A DNA stretch of 64,000 nt from Phaeosaccion multiseriatum (lineage: Eukaryota > Protista > Ochrophyta, other classes): NCBI GenBank assembly GCA_965112735.1, contig OZ218956.1, forward strand, positions 3,720,001-3,784,000. Direction: 5' to 3'. The position numbers and the translations under genes are program-made. Shown here in pieces: positions 35,748-51,164 of the stretch. Numbering within the stretch: position 1 is the stretch's first letter; each line of letters starts with the position of its first letter. A model generated the notes under the pieces. It worked only from the letters and a program-made list of their open reading frames with translations, had not been told where the DNA came from and made no database searches.

Positions 35748-37009
35748 GTGTACAGAGGCGGCAAGGGGCGGGGATTGTCGAGAGGGGAGCGCGGAGGGGG
35801 TATCTTGTGTCTCTCTTGAGTGGGCTCGTCAGGAGGGAAGGCTTGGGTAAGGTGGATAGATAGTGGGTGGTCCGGTCCTTCCCAACATGTGTAACCGTCT
35901 CTTGTGTCTTGTGTGTTGCTTGTCCTCTCGTTGTACAATGTGTGGTGGTGGCTGTGTCGCAGGGGGCGGCAAGACCAAGAACAAACGAGTTGGAAGCAAA
36001 CTCCATCGGGGCAGCGGCTGATGTCGGAGAGGGCGCAGAGGGGAGGGGGAGTAGACGGCCGACAACAAGCTGTTGCAGGAGGCGCGAGCGGCGGGGGGAG
36101 AAGACGTGCCCTGCATCTCAAGAGCCGATTATAACTTCTAAGCCACGCAGAGGAGGAGGGGGGCTTGCGGAGACGAGTTTGCTGAAAGAGGGGATCCTCT
36201 TTCCCTTGCATGTAGATAAATAAAAGCTCATAGATAGACCATTTTCCAGTACTGAATGGCCTTGTTGTAGTACACGCTCAGCCCCAGTCTGGCCCTTCCT
36301 TTCCCACGGTCTTAACAAGAAGCTCCACTCCCAGAGCCTGCTGGGGTCGGCCGTGCTGTGTGCCGGGCGCTGTGCGGGCACCCCATTGCCGTAGCATGGC
36401 GCAGGATGGAACAATGTAACGTAAAAAGGAGGGGCGATGTTTAGTTCCAAAGACGGGATGGCTTCATTACAAAGACGGGACGGTTTCATTAGAAAGACCG
36501 GCGTGGTGAGTTCTCATAAGGAAAAAAAAGGGGGGGGGGGGGGGATCCGGCGGCGGTTGACCTGACACCTCATTCGCGACGTCAATAGCCCCGGTCTGTG
36601 CCTAGACCGAGGCAGGTGGCTGCCAGGCAGGTGGCTGCCCGGCAGAGAAGGGGGATATCCTTGGCTTCACGCTCTTTTATCTTTCCTTTTTCTCTCTCTC
36701 TCCTCCTTCTATGGGCCTTCATCGCTCAATGACGCATACCAGGTCAAGAAAAACGAGGAGGAGGTTGAAGGCTCCAGCAGACTCTCCCCTCTTATCGGCC
36801 CACGTTTGTCTCTCCCCTCTCTGCCTCTCCGTCAAACGTCCATCTGTGCGTGCAAAGACATTTTTGCTGTGAACAAGCAATGGAAACAGATATCGGAAAC
36901 AAGTACGTGGCTGAAGAAAAATTTCAGCTCGTTTGACGCCCGTACCCTGTCCAACTGCCCGGCAAGAAAGAAACACCCAGAGCACGACGATAAAGAAAGG
37001 ACAGGCTGG

Positions 37010-39047
37010 ATGTCAAAGACAGGGAGGGCTCCGAGCTCGAGAAGGAGGTATAGGGCAACTTGGGGCGTGTTTGCAGCGCTCTCCTGGTGCTCCAACAGCG
37101 AGGCGTTTCTGGCCTTCGCTCCCTCCCTCCCTTCCTCCGGAGGGATGGCGAGGAGGCGGCACCCCTCCCCTCTGCACGCCGCAACCTTGCCGCAAGCAGA
37201 TGAGAAGAAGCAGCTGCAGGTTAGAGGTGGGGCCTCTGCCTCCGTCACTCCTGTTCCGAGCGATGTCGCCTCTGCCCCTGCCTCTGCAGCAGCAGCGGCG
37301 GTCACGCAGGGGCGGCTTCTGCTGGGTTCGACGGCTCTTCTCTATGGTAAGTGGTGGGGCAAGGCTGGTGGAGAGCAGGCCATGCTTGGGGCGAGCTGGA
37401 CGGCCCCTTACGTTGCGTGTGAGGGGAGCTCGAAGGAGAAGCGTGAAGGTTTGGGGGGGGGGAGTTGGAATTTTAAACCTCCCGCAGCTTTCTTTTCGTT
37501 TGCTCTCCGTCGAGGCAGCACCTAGGGCCGCGCAGTAACACGCGGGTTTTCCCTTTCCCCTCCCTACTCCTTCCCCCGCCCATCTGCACAGGCACTTACA
37601 ACATTGCTCTGAAGCTTCTGTACGGTATGGAGGGCTCGCCGGCGCCTTCGATGCTTTCTTTCGTGCGGGCGGGCTTCTCCGTAGCGTACTTTGCTTACGC
37701 CTTTTATCAACAGCAGCAGCAGCAGCAGCAGCAGGAGCAGCAGCAGCAGCAGCGACGGCAGGAGAAGGCAAGCAGTAGCGCGGAGGGGGCTGTCTCGGCC
37801 TCGGACGAAGAGCTGCAGCAAGGCACGTCTAGGGCGATGCTCGTGATGGCGGCCGAGCTGGCGCTGTGGAACTTCGGAGCCGTTGCATGTAAGTGCGTGA
37901 TGCAAGGAGCCACATAACAGCAGCTGCGCAGTCGATGAAGACCCCTCCCTCTGTCCCTCTTACTCTCTTCTCCTCCCCCCACACACTCTGTGCCCATCTG
38001 TCTCCCCCTCCCCCTGAGCAGGTCTCAACGCCGGCCTCCTTTACACCTCGGCTGCTCGCGCTGCATTCCTCGCCCAAACGTCTGTGGTCATCACGCCGCT
38101 GCTTTGCCTGGCCCGCAGAGCGCCCATCAGCAAGTGCGTACACACCTCCCCCTCTCTGCCGAGTCCCTCCTCCCCTGTCCTCTTAGCCTTGGAGCAATAC
38201 TCAAGCCCACACCCCCCCCTATTGCCCCATACTCCTTTTTGACTCTCTCCAGGTACGCCTTGGTCGGGGCGGCCTTTGTCATGTCCGGCCTCGCCCTGCT
38301 CAGCGCTCCGCCGGACGCGGTCTTGAGTCTGCCCCAAGGGTTCATGGAGCCAGGAGGCTCCGGTGGTGTCGTCGGCGGTGTCATAACGTCGTGCATGACG
38401 GCGCTGTCGGGGCTAAGCAAGGGCGACACCATCTTGCTGGGGGGTGCTCTGTCTTGGACGTGCTACATCACACGCCTAGACATGTTCGCAGGCCGGCCGG
38501 GGGCAGAGGTGAGGGCGAGGGGTGAGGGAAGGGTGGGAGGGGGGGGGGAGCTGCGGGTGAAAGGGTGAGGGGTGAGGGGAGGGGGGGCGGAAGAGTGAAG
38601 TAGTCGTGCACTCGGGCTGTGTTGCATGTGGCGGCGGGGAGAGGAGGAGAAGTCGGTGCGTTGCCATACGATGGCCCCTTTGCCTGTGCCTCTGCCTCCT
38701 TGCTGCCCTGACACCATGTACCGGTTTGTCATGTTTGTGTCGGTGTGTCATATTCCGCAGCACACGGAGCTTCTGCAGGGGTGGAAGAACTTGTTTATCT
38801 TTGGCTTATACGGCTTGTGGCTGGGCAGCGACGTTCTTCAGTACCTCCTCTCGGGCGCCATCACGGCGTCTAGCGACGTCATGGGTGAGTGACTCCGTGA
38901 CGACTTTTATTAGTGGGAAGGAGTAGGAGTGGGGGGCTGCAGCATCAAGAGGAGCGAGGCGAGCACCTCCTTCGCGCACAAGACGACTCGGAGTCCCTGG
39001 GAAAGCGTCTCCCCATCTCTCTGACCCTCGCCTCATCTCCATTCGTA

Positions 39048-39105
<58 letters not shown>

Positions 39106-39379
39106 ACGCCCCACAGGCCTCCTCTGGTCGGGCTGGAGCAATCCGCTGGCCTGGGCCCTCATTATCTTCTCTGGCGTGGTGCCCGGGGCCATCGCCGACG
39201 TGCTTCAAGCGCGAGGACAGCTCAAGGTCTCTTCCCCCGCCGAGGCGAACGTCATCCTGTCGCTGGAGCCCCTGTTCACTGCGCTATTCGCCGCGGTGCT
39301 GCTGCACGAGTATCTGCCTCTGTCCGGCTGCTATGGGGCGGCGCTCGTATTCATGGGGGCCGTCGTGTCCTGCTTGTAA
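37010..39379 (+). CDS. EamA/DMT-superfamily transporter, probably plastid-targeted, multi-exon
   Basis: Signal-like N-terminus ending SNSEAFLAFAP. TM exons include GRLLLGSTALLYG, YTSAARAAFL..SVVITPLL, GDTILLGGALSW, and LQARGQLKVSSPAEANVILSLEPLFTALFAAVLLHE. Confidence 0.85.
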
Positions 39380-39403
39380 AAAGCAGCCTTGCGCCTGGGG
39401 GAG

Positions 39404-39539
39404 AATACAGCTGCTACGGAGGTAAATACAGCTACTACGGAGGTAAATACAGCCCCTTCAGCTGCTACGGAGGTAAATACTACGGAGGAAACTACAGCTG
39501 CTACGGAGGTAAATACTACGGAGGAAACTACAGCTGCTA
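39404..39539. repeat. Compound tandem repeat (CAGCTGCTACGGAGGTAAATAC-type units) 3' of the EamA stop
   Basis: CTACGGAGG(T/A)AA recurs six times with variable spacers. Confidence 0.85.
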
Positions 39540-39874
39540 GAGACGAGTCCAAGCACTGTTCCTGTGCTGTGGGCGTGCTTGGGCCGAGGGGGCAGCATTG
39601 GCATTGCTCCCAGCATGAGATGTTGAGATTGTAGAAAATGTTAATATGAGGTTGAGGGGGGGGGGTTATTTAGGGAGGGAGGGACGGGAGGAAGGTATCA
39701 TTTTATATAAATATAATATTTATCTGCTTCGATCTCTTAATAAACCCATCCATTAGACTAATGTTCTGTGGACGCGCCTTCTGCGACCACACTGTGATGA
39801 CGTGGCCTGCACTTGCACACAAGTTGCAGCAGATCATGCCACGCTTATCTTCCCCCCTCGGGGACTAGGAGCAC

Positions 39875-40149
39875 AACTAGTGTCGCCCACCCGCGAGAAT
39901 TCTCTGGCTCCTGGCTTCTGGGCCGTAGCTAGCCCCCTCCCTGCTTCGGGCTTCTGGCCGCAGGCCAGCGCTGGCTTCTCGGCTTTCGGCCGTAGGCCGC
40001 CTCTGGCTTCTGGCTTGTCACTCTTTCCCGCTGGTGACTGGCTTCTGCTGGTCGCAGCCCAGCCTCTGGCTTCTCGGCTTTCGGCCGCAGGCCGCCTCTG
40101 CCTTCTGCTTATCGGGGGCCAGAGAACCCTCGCGGGGGGCCTACTAGTG
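39875..40149. mobile_element. Possible degenerate non-autonomous TIR element
   Basis: Imperfect inverted ends (ACTAGT..GCCC.CCCGCGAG..TTCTCTGGC versus its reverse complement at 40115-40148) enclosing repeated CTGGCTTCT units and a duplicated ~35-mer. Confidence 0.4.
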
Positions 40150-40688
40150 CTCACAACCAGATTAACAGACCAGAATAGGACATTCAACATCCAATCTCTC
40201 CGCAAGCCACATCTATCATGGACTCGAGGTAAGGTTGCACTATCGAGTGTCGCCCCTGGGGCTGTTCTTCGCCACGGCCACTTGCGTCTCACGAGCCCCA
40301 AGCTCCCCATTGCTGCACGCTGCCTGTCAATTAACCGCTAACGCTTCTTATTTCCCCAGTCTTTGCCAGTCTTGTACGGCTGCTGACTGACACACCACTT
40401 CTACTCTCCTCTCCTTCGCGCCATCTACACGCGCAAAAATGTGACGTAGCGGACTGAGAGATCGAAAGAAGAAAGGAAGAGAAGGAGGGAGGAATTTTTT
40501 ACTTTTAGGCACGCGGATGGCACCCGAAATGGAGGCCCACTCCACACAGGGAGGTCGCTGCTTGTCACATGTCGCCGCGGCCTTTAGCAGTAGGAGCAAG
40601 AGCTTCGTCTTAGAATGGGGCTCCCAAGGTTGCGGACTTTCAGGGTGTCAGCCACGCAAGGAGGAAGGAACAGCAGCCTTGCGATAGG

Positions 40689-43600
40689 ATGAGACGGTCT
40701 CAAGAGAAGAAGAGAAGATCTCTCATAGCAGTGCTTGCCGCCTTCACGGCCTCCACCAGCAGCGGCAAGACCAGCTGCTGCAGGGCCCTCTCCGTCCCCT
40801 GTTTGTCTGGGGTAGGGACATCTGCAACGAATACGATGAGCCGCTCTCTTGTCCGGGCGAGGGACGTGGGGCGGAGCTTGCACGCCGTTCGCACGGGCAG
40901 TCGCCGCCGAAGACGTCCCTACGACCCTCCGTGGATGTACATGAGCCACCGAGACATCTTCGAAAGCAGCGCGGGACAGAGACCTGCCTTCAGCGGGGAA
41001 GGAGGCTCGAGCAGAAGGGAGAAACACAGCAGCATTGGCGCCAGAAGCAGCACGGCAATGGGGGCAAGCACCAGCAGCGGTAGAAGCAATAGTAGTAGTA
41101 GTAGTAGTAGTACTAGTACTAGTACTAGTACTAGTACTAGTAGTACTAGTAATAGTAGCGGAAAGGGTAGCAGCTTCCGAGGAGTGGCGAGGAGGGCCGG
41201 GGATAGGTGGAGTGCGAGCATCACCACAAAGGGAGAGAAGACTTCCTTGGGTGTGTTCGAATGCGAGGTGGAGGCAGCGAGGGCCTACGACCAGGCCGCC
41301 AGACAACTGCGTGGGCCCCACACGAAGGTCAACTTCCGAGACGGAGAGATGAAGGGGCTACACACGGCGACAGGGCAGGTGGGGGGAACAGGAAGCGGAC
41401 ACGCGGCCCAAGCCCAGGATAGTCAGGAGCTTCCACCGCTAGGCAGCAGCGTTGATGTGTCCACCCCGCCTGTACCCCTGGGATCCCAGCTCACAGAATT
41501 CGACGACGCGGAGGATGTGGACGACTACGAGCGCCACGTGCGGCGGCTCCAGGAGGGGCAGCGAGTGCACCCCTACTGGGCCGAGCAGCTGAGGCGCCTC
41601 CACAAGACTAACGCACGCAATCTCGTACCGCTGCTCTCCGCGGACAACGCGCTGGGTCACCCCGCCAGCGAGAGCCTTGTCTCAAGCAAGAGCCTGTTCA
41701 GCTGGGTGCTGCAGCAGAAGGCCGTGCGGCCCACGTGCGTGTTGCTGGTGCGTGTGGGTGACTTCTACGAGGCTTACGGCGTGGACGCTGTCATGCTCGT
41801 GCACCACGCCAACCTCAACCCCATGGGGGGCAACACGCGGGTGAGGCCAGTAGCTCAGTAGCCCAGTGTCTCAGTGGAACGGGTCAGCGGCTCAGTGGGT
41901 CAGTGGGCCGTCCATCCATCCATCCATCCATCCGACGGTGGGAGTGGTGAACTCTCCTTTTAGAGGCGAGGTCTCTCTCTGTCCTCCTCCCAAGCCCTAA
42001 CCCTAGCGCTAACCGGCAACCAACCAGCCGCCCCCCCCGAGGGGGGTGCTTGGAGGCGACCCTTAGCACAGTCCTCTCCTAACCGTGCCCCCCCCCCCCT
42101 CTCTCTCTCTGCTGCTCTCCCCCTCGCCCACCTGCCCCATCTACAGGCGGGCTGTCGCAAGGACGATATTCAGCAGACGTGCAATTCCCTCACCTCCGCC
42201 GACTTGAGCGTGGCCGTGTTCGAGGAGCAGGACGGGGAGGGCTCTAACAAGGGCCCCACCCTCAAGAACAAGCTCAAAGTCCGCTTCTTCGCTCAGGTGA
42301 GGTGGGGTACACGGCACCCCCCAAGCACAGCAAGCAGAGACCCCCCCAATCTTCTCCAACCTTTCCAGGGCAGGGCAGGCTCGGACTAACTCGTGGGGCC
42401 CTTCTTTGCGGGACTTTTGTGTATAGTGTATAGTGTGGGCAGTAGGCGGCCTTTTGTGCCCCCTCGGGGGTCTCACCGTATCATTCCATGATGCACGCCT
42501 CCATGCGCCTCCCTCCCTCCCTCCCTCCTTCTTTCCTTCCCTTCCCCCTCGCCCCTCTACTGCCGGACAACTAACACTTTCAGGTGGTGTCCCCTGGGGA
42601 CCCAAACTACCGCAACGCGCTCTGCCTGCGCAAGGACAGCGTGGGCTACCAACGGAGCAGGCCCTACGTGGGACTCGCGCAGTTCAACGACGGTTTCATG
42701 CTGGCAGAAGTGTACACTGACGAGCTGCGAGTGGCTGTGAGTGAGAGGCTCACGAGGGAGGCGCTGGCGGCGGCGATGGACCGCATCGGGGCGGTGGAAC
42801 CACTCTTCGTGCAGGGGGTCAGGCCATCGCACTTCAAGGGGGCGAGCTTCCAGGTGGGTCACGGGTGACGTGTGCTAAGGTGCATGAGGGTGGGGTATGG
42901 TGCAGCCAAGGCAGGCTCCGAGGGAGGGAGCGGTAGGTAGGTAGGTAGGTAGGTAGGTAGGTAGGTAGGTAGCCTCAGGGAAGGAGGAGGGAGGGTCAGA
43001 GCGTACTCCGCTCATGCTCCCTCGCACCTCCTCTCCTCCACCTCCCCTGCCCTCCCACAGCACCACGAGGCCAAGAGTATGGGCAGCAGCAGCTCCAGCT
43101 ACAGCGCGCAGGCCTTTCCCGGTGCCGTGGTGCAGCAGGTGTCTCTGCTCCTCGGCCTGCCCGACGAGCAGAGCCGGCGCTTCACCCTGGTGCCCACGCT
43201 CGCCGGCGTGGATAGCCCCCGGCCGCTCTACACCAACACAGCGAAGGAGATTGGACTCTTGTGCAGTGCCCACGTGCCAGGGCTGGTGGAGCACCTCCTG
43301 CCCGCCAACGCCCCTGCCTACTCGCGCCGCTTCCTCACAGAGACGCTAGTGGTGCCCCCTCCCTACCGTGTGGCCGACGAGATGCAGCGGCTGCTTGTGG
43401 GCCTGCTGCAGCTGAGGGAGGTGGGATTGCCTCCCATGTGTGTCATCCCTCTCGGCAAGGTGGTGGGCCTCCTGACGGCGAGGCAGGCCAACGTGCCCCT
43501 GTTTAGAGAGCTTCATCAGTCGCTCGGGGCGCTGCTCGTAATGCTCGGAGACCCACCGTCAAAGGAAGAGGGTGAAGGGGAAGGAGGTCGAGGTACACCC

Positions 43601-45964
43601 CGGCGTGGAAACCCCTACTCGGCGCTGGTGCCGCCCCTGCTGGAGCTGGCCAAGCACCGCACGGGCATGCCCATGAGCGAGGCCCGCCTCAGAGAACGCG
43701 CTCTCGCCGTCATGGGGCACATCGAGCAAGTAGTGGTGGTCGGCTCCTCCGACGGCCCCAAGGGGGTCTCTACCTCCTCCTCTACCTCCTCCTCTACCTC
43801 CTCTACCTCCTCCTCTACCTCCTCCTCTACCTCCTCCTCTACCTCCTTCTCAGGCTCAGACTCGGGCTCTCCTGGAGCAGGCTCTGCGCAGACCGCGGCC
43901 ATTCGGGCGGTGTTGGAGGGCTTCCAGGCAGCCAACGAGGCTGTCTTCCGAGGGCAAGTGCACAGAGCGCATCCAAGGCTGAAGGGCGCCTTCGAGCAGC
44001 TGGACCAAAAGGCGGACGAGTTGGTGCTACAGGTGGCGCAGGACTTTGGCGGCTGTGACTTTGGCCGAGACTTGCGCCACGACCTCCGGAGCAACGTTAT
44101 CAGCCTCGCCAGACGGCCCCCCGCCGGAGTGGCCGAGGCGGACAAGGGAACTACGCGTGTTGGTTCTCCTGAGCCAGCAGAGACCACGTTTGTGCACCCT
44201 GTTGACTACAAGAATAAGGTGCTGCGGACGCGCTGGACCACTCCGGGTGTGCAGACCGCTCTTAGCGCTTACCTGCAGGCCGTGGCGGGGGTGGAGGGGG
44301 CGGTGCTACTGGAGCTGCAGGGGCTGAGTAAGTTGCTGACCGAGGATATGCCCACCATCACTCTGACGTCACACTGGGCCGTGGTGGCGCACACCGCGGA
44401 GGCTCACGCAAGGCACTGCCACGCCAAGGGGTGGTGCGTGCCCACGCTACCGCCCTACCGCCGCCAAACCCCGCATCAGAACGAGGAGGGAGGGGAGGAA
44501 GGAGAGGAGGAGGAGGAGGAGGAGGAGGGAGGAGCGAGTCAGCTGCAGCTAAGGGCCCTGCAGCCGTACTGGATGCGCAGGGGCGAGGCGGTGCGGACAG
44601 ACGTGCGGCTGGGCCGGGAGGTGTTTCTGCTCACGGCCCCCAACATGGGAGGCAAGAGTACCCTCATGCGCTCGACAATGGCCGCCGCCCTGCTCGCCAA
44701 CGCAGGCCTACTCTGCCCCGCCGAAGAGGTATGTGTGTGTGTAGGGGGTGGGCAAGGTGTGTGCTTGTGTGTGTGGATGATGTGTGTGGGCTCTCTTGGC
44801 ACATACAAGAGAGGAAAGGACACACACACGCTCTTGACTCGTCGTCGACCCCCCTACCCTCTCTTCCTTCCCTTCTAACGCCCTCCCTCTTCCCCTACCC
44901 CTACCCAGGCGACGGTTCCTCGCTACGACTCCTTCTTCCTGCGCACCTCCGGCTACGACGACCCCGCGGAGGGCAAGAGCGCCTTCGCCATGGAGATGCA
45001 CGACGTCAAAGTGCTCTTCAGAGACGCCACAAACCGCTCTCTGGCCATGCTGGACGAGCTCTGCAGGGGCACCTCTACAAGGGATGGTGTACCCATTGCA
45101 GGGGCCGTGCTGGAGCGGCTGGCCGCCACGCCTGTGAGTTGCGTATTTGCCACGCATCTTCACGAGTTGTTCGACATGCCTCTCCAGTGGCACAACATTC
45201 GATTCATGCGCATGCGGGAAGAAGCAGCAGGTGGTGATACAGCAGCGAGGGGTAAGGCGGAGGGGGGTTACCGCTACACGTACCGCCTAGAGGAGGGCCG
45301 CTGCGAGGACTCGCACGCCCTGCTCACGGCAAGCAGGTACGAGGTGCCCGCTGACGTCATTGAAAGGGCCCAAGCGCTCAAGCCGCAGTTTCAGGCCGCC
45401 TTCGGAGAGGGCTTCAGCAGCAGCCAAGAGGAACACAAGTATGCAGCGCATGGAAAAGGCCGGGGCGGCACGGCAAGAGAGAAGAGATTGCCCCCCTCGG
45501 GCATGCTGGGGACAGCGGTGCCGGTGTCTGTGTCTGCCCGCAGCTTGGCAGACGCTCGGCAACTGCTCGCCGAGACGACGGGGAGAGGGGTCGGCGACGT
45601 TGTGGTCGTGGCCCCGCGCTTCTCCTTACCTGTGGCGCTTTCTTCTCCGCCCTCCGCCAGCCATATGGAAAGCAGCAGCAGCAGCAGCACCAGCACCAGC
45701 AACAGCAACAGCACCAGCACCAGCTATCTCTACGTGCTGAGACACACGGTGCAGGGCTGGGTGTACGTGGGCGAGAGCGACTGCATGGCCCAGCGGCTGC
45801 AGCAGCACCGGCGGAACTACGGCGCCGAGGGGCTCGAGACGCTGGTGCTGGCGGTGGGTGACAAGAGCACGGCCCGCAAGCTTGAGACCGAGGCCATTCG
45901 CGCCTTCAAGAGAGGAGGCTTCGCGCTCATCGCAGAGGGGGACGGGGGGCGCAGGCTGGACTGA
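40689..45964 (+). CDS. MSH1: Organellar MSH1-type MutS (mismatch-binding, ATPase, GIY-YIG) with an N-terminal AP2 domain; exons 40689-41840, 42147-42296, 42584-42853, 43061-44728, 44909-45964
   Basis: AP2: FRGV..RWSASI..LGVFECEVEAARAYDQAARQLRG..VNF. MutS-I: VLLVRVGDFYEAYGVDAVMLVHHANLNPMG. Walker A TAPNMGGKST, GKSAFAMEM, Walker B LDELCRGT, FATHLHEL. GIY-YIG: YLYVL..WVYVGESD..QRLQQHR..RKLETEAI. Confidence 0.92.
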
Positions 45965-47123
45965 CACTCGCACATTGGGTTGTGCGAGGCTTGTTCCTTC
46001 GTTTACAAAGGGTGTTTTGCGACTCTCGCTCTCGCCACCCACATTAGTGGAGTGGTGCACACAGGAGGAGCCTCCCTCCGTCACCTCCTCACCCACTCAG
46101 TGACTCAATAGACTTCGCCTGGGGAGTATTGTAGCCCCACAGGGGAGTAGTCCCACAGGGGAGTCGAAGATATGCGGAAGTATATGGGGCCAGGAGGACA
46201 TGTGAAATGGGAGGGGGGTTTTGAGCAAGGCGTATAAGACAGAGGAGGGCTCTCGGGAACACGGTATATATATATTTATATATTAGAGGAGGGCTCTCAG
46301 GAACACGGGATGGTTGGGTGCTCGGCAAGTACAGAAGGAACGGATAGGAGGGAGGAGGGAGGGTCATATGGAGGCAGCGATGCCAAACAAAAAAGAAAAC
46401 ATCAACATCTTGGGCGTTTTCCAGTAGACCGGCTACGGAAAGAGGGCTGAGCAAGTGTACTCACAGCAGGCTGAGCAAAGAGTGTGAAGGGGGGGGGGAA
46501 AGAGGGAAGAGAGGAGGGCGGAAGGGGACAAGATTTCGGTGCCCATATACTTCCATCACATAGCTGGCCCGCTGGCCTGGACCGCCACACAAATTGATTC
46601 CTTTCTCCCTCCTCGACTCTCAAGACAAGGTAGGCGAGAAGGGAGAGGATGGCGATGAGGGAAAGGACAGGAGGGTACAGAGGGGAGCGGGGGGAGGAAG
46701 CGAAAAGGATGGAAGGTCGGGCGGGCAAAAAAAACCCCGAAGAAGGGGCCCTCTGAACAAAACAAAGGTCCTCCTGAAATAAGAGGGCACCAGTGTTCGA
46801 GGGAGCACGAGTGGAAGAGGAGCACGAGCTGCATAGGACCGGAGGGCAGCGAATTGACCAACGTGGTTTTTGGTTCCTTGGGTGCTGAGGTCTTTACCCT
46901 TCCGCACCCTTGTCTCACCCTTCACTCGAGCTGTTGCTGCTCGCCACTCCCATCGACACTCCATTTCTCACACCCTGTGTCTTCTCATGTACCTTCCACA
47001 CTCCCAACGTTGCTATATATGTGTATATATCTTTACCCCCCTCCTCCTTATCCAACCCCACAGTCCCAGCTGCTCGAACTGGGAGCAGGGGAGCAGCCAG
47101 CTCAGCGCGAAAAGCAGTTTAGG

Positions 47124-50651
<3,528 letters not shown>

Positions 50652-51164
50652 GCAGCTTAGCAGCTTAGCTTTAGTTAACAATTGGGAGGGCCCGCAGCGG
50701 GCGGCGGGGCAGCCAGGGCAGTTTAGTGTAGGAGAGGACGTGGAGGAGAGGAGGAGAGAGGAGTGAGCCAATGAGCCAATCAGATTGGGTGGAGCACATC
50801 TCCGGGCCATGAGTGATGAGTGGTCACGTATTACTTGCACCGCACTTCCACCACCGCACACCACATAAAGTACTTCAAGTAGGTTTGAAAGTAGGGGGGG
50901 AGGGAGGAAGCAATTTATTTTCAATTTTGTATTTTCGGGCGCAGAAAAAGCAAAAAAATGGCAGTAGATGGTACTGTAGAGGAGGCTGGCAACACGATCA
51001 CAGCGACGTTAAATCCAAAAAAAAAAGGGACAACCAGTCTCTTGCGCTTCAGCTCTGCGTTCATAGCAGGGAACTGAAGGGGGGGGGGGGCTCAGTGCAG
51101 CACACACACAGCCCCGTGGTTGAAGAAGAGCGCGGTTTTTTAAGGAGAAAGAGAACAGGGAAAC

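Noticed and set aside
39389-39634. ORF with TAATEVNT repeats
   Set aside because: Translation of a tandem repeat immediately after the EamA stop, with a non-ATG start.
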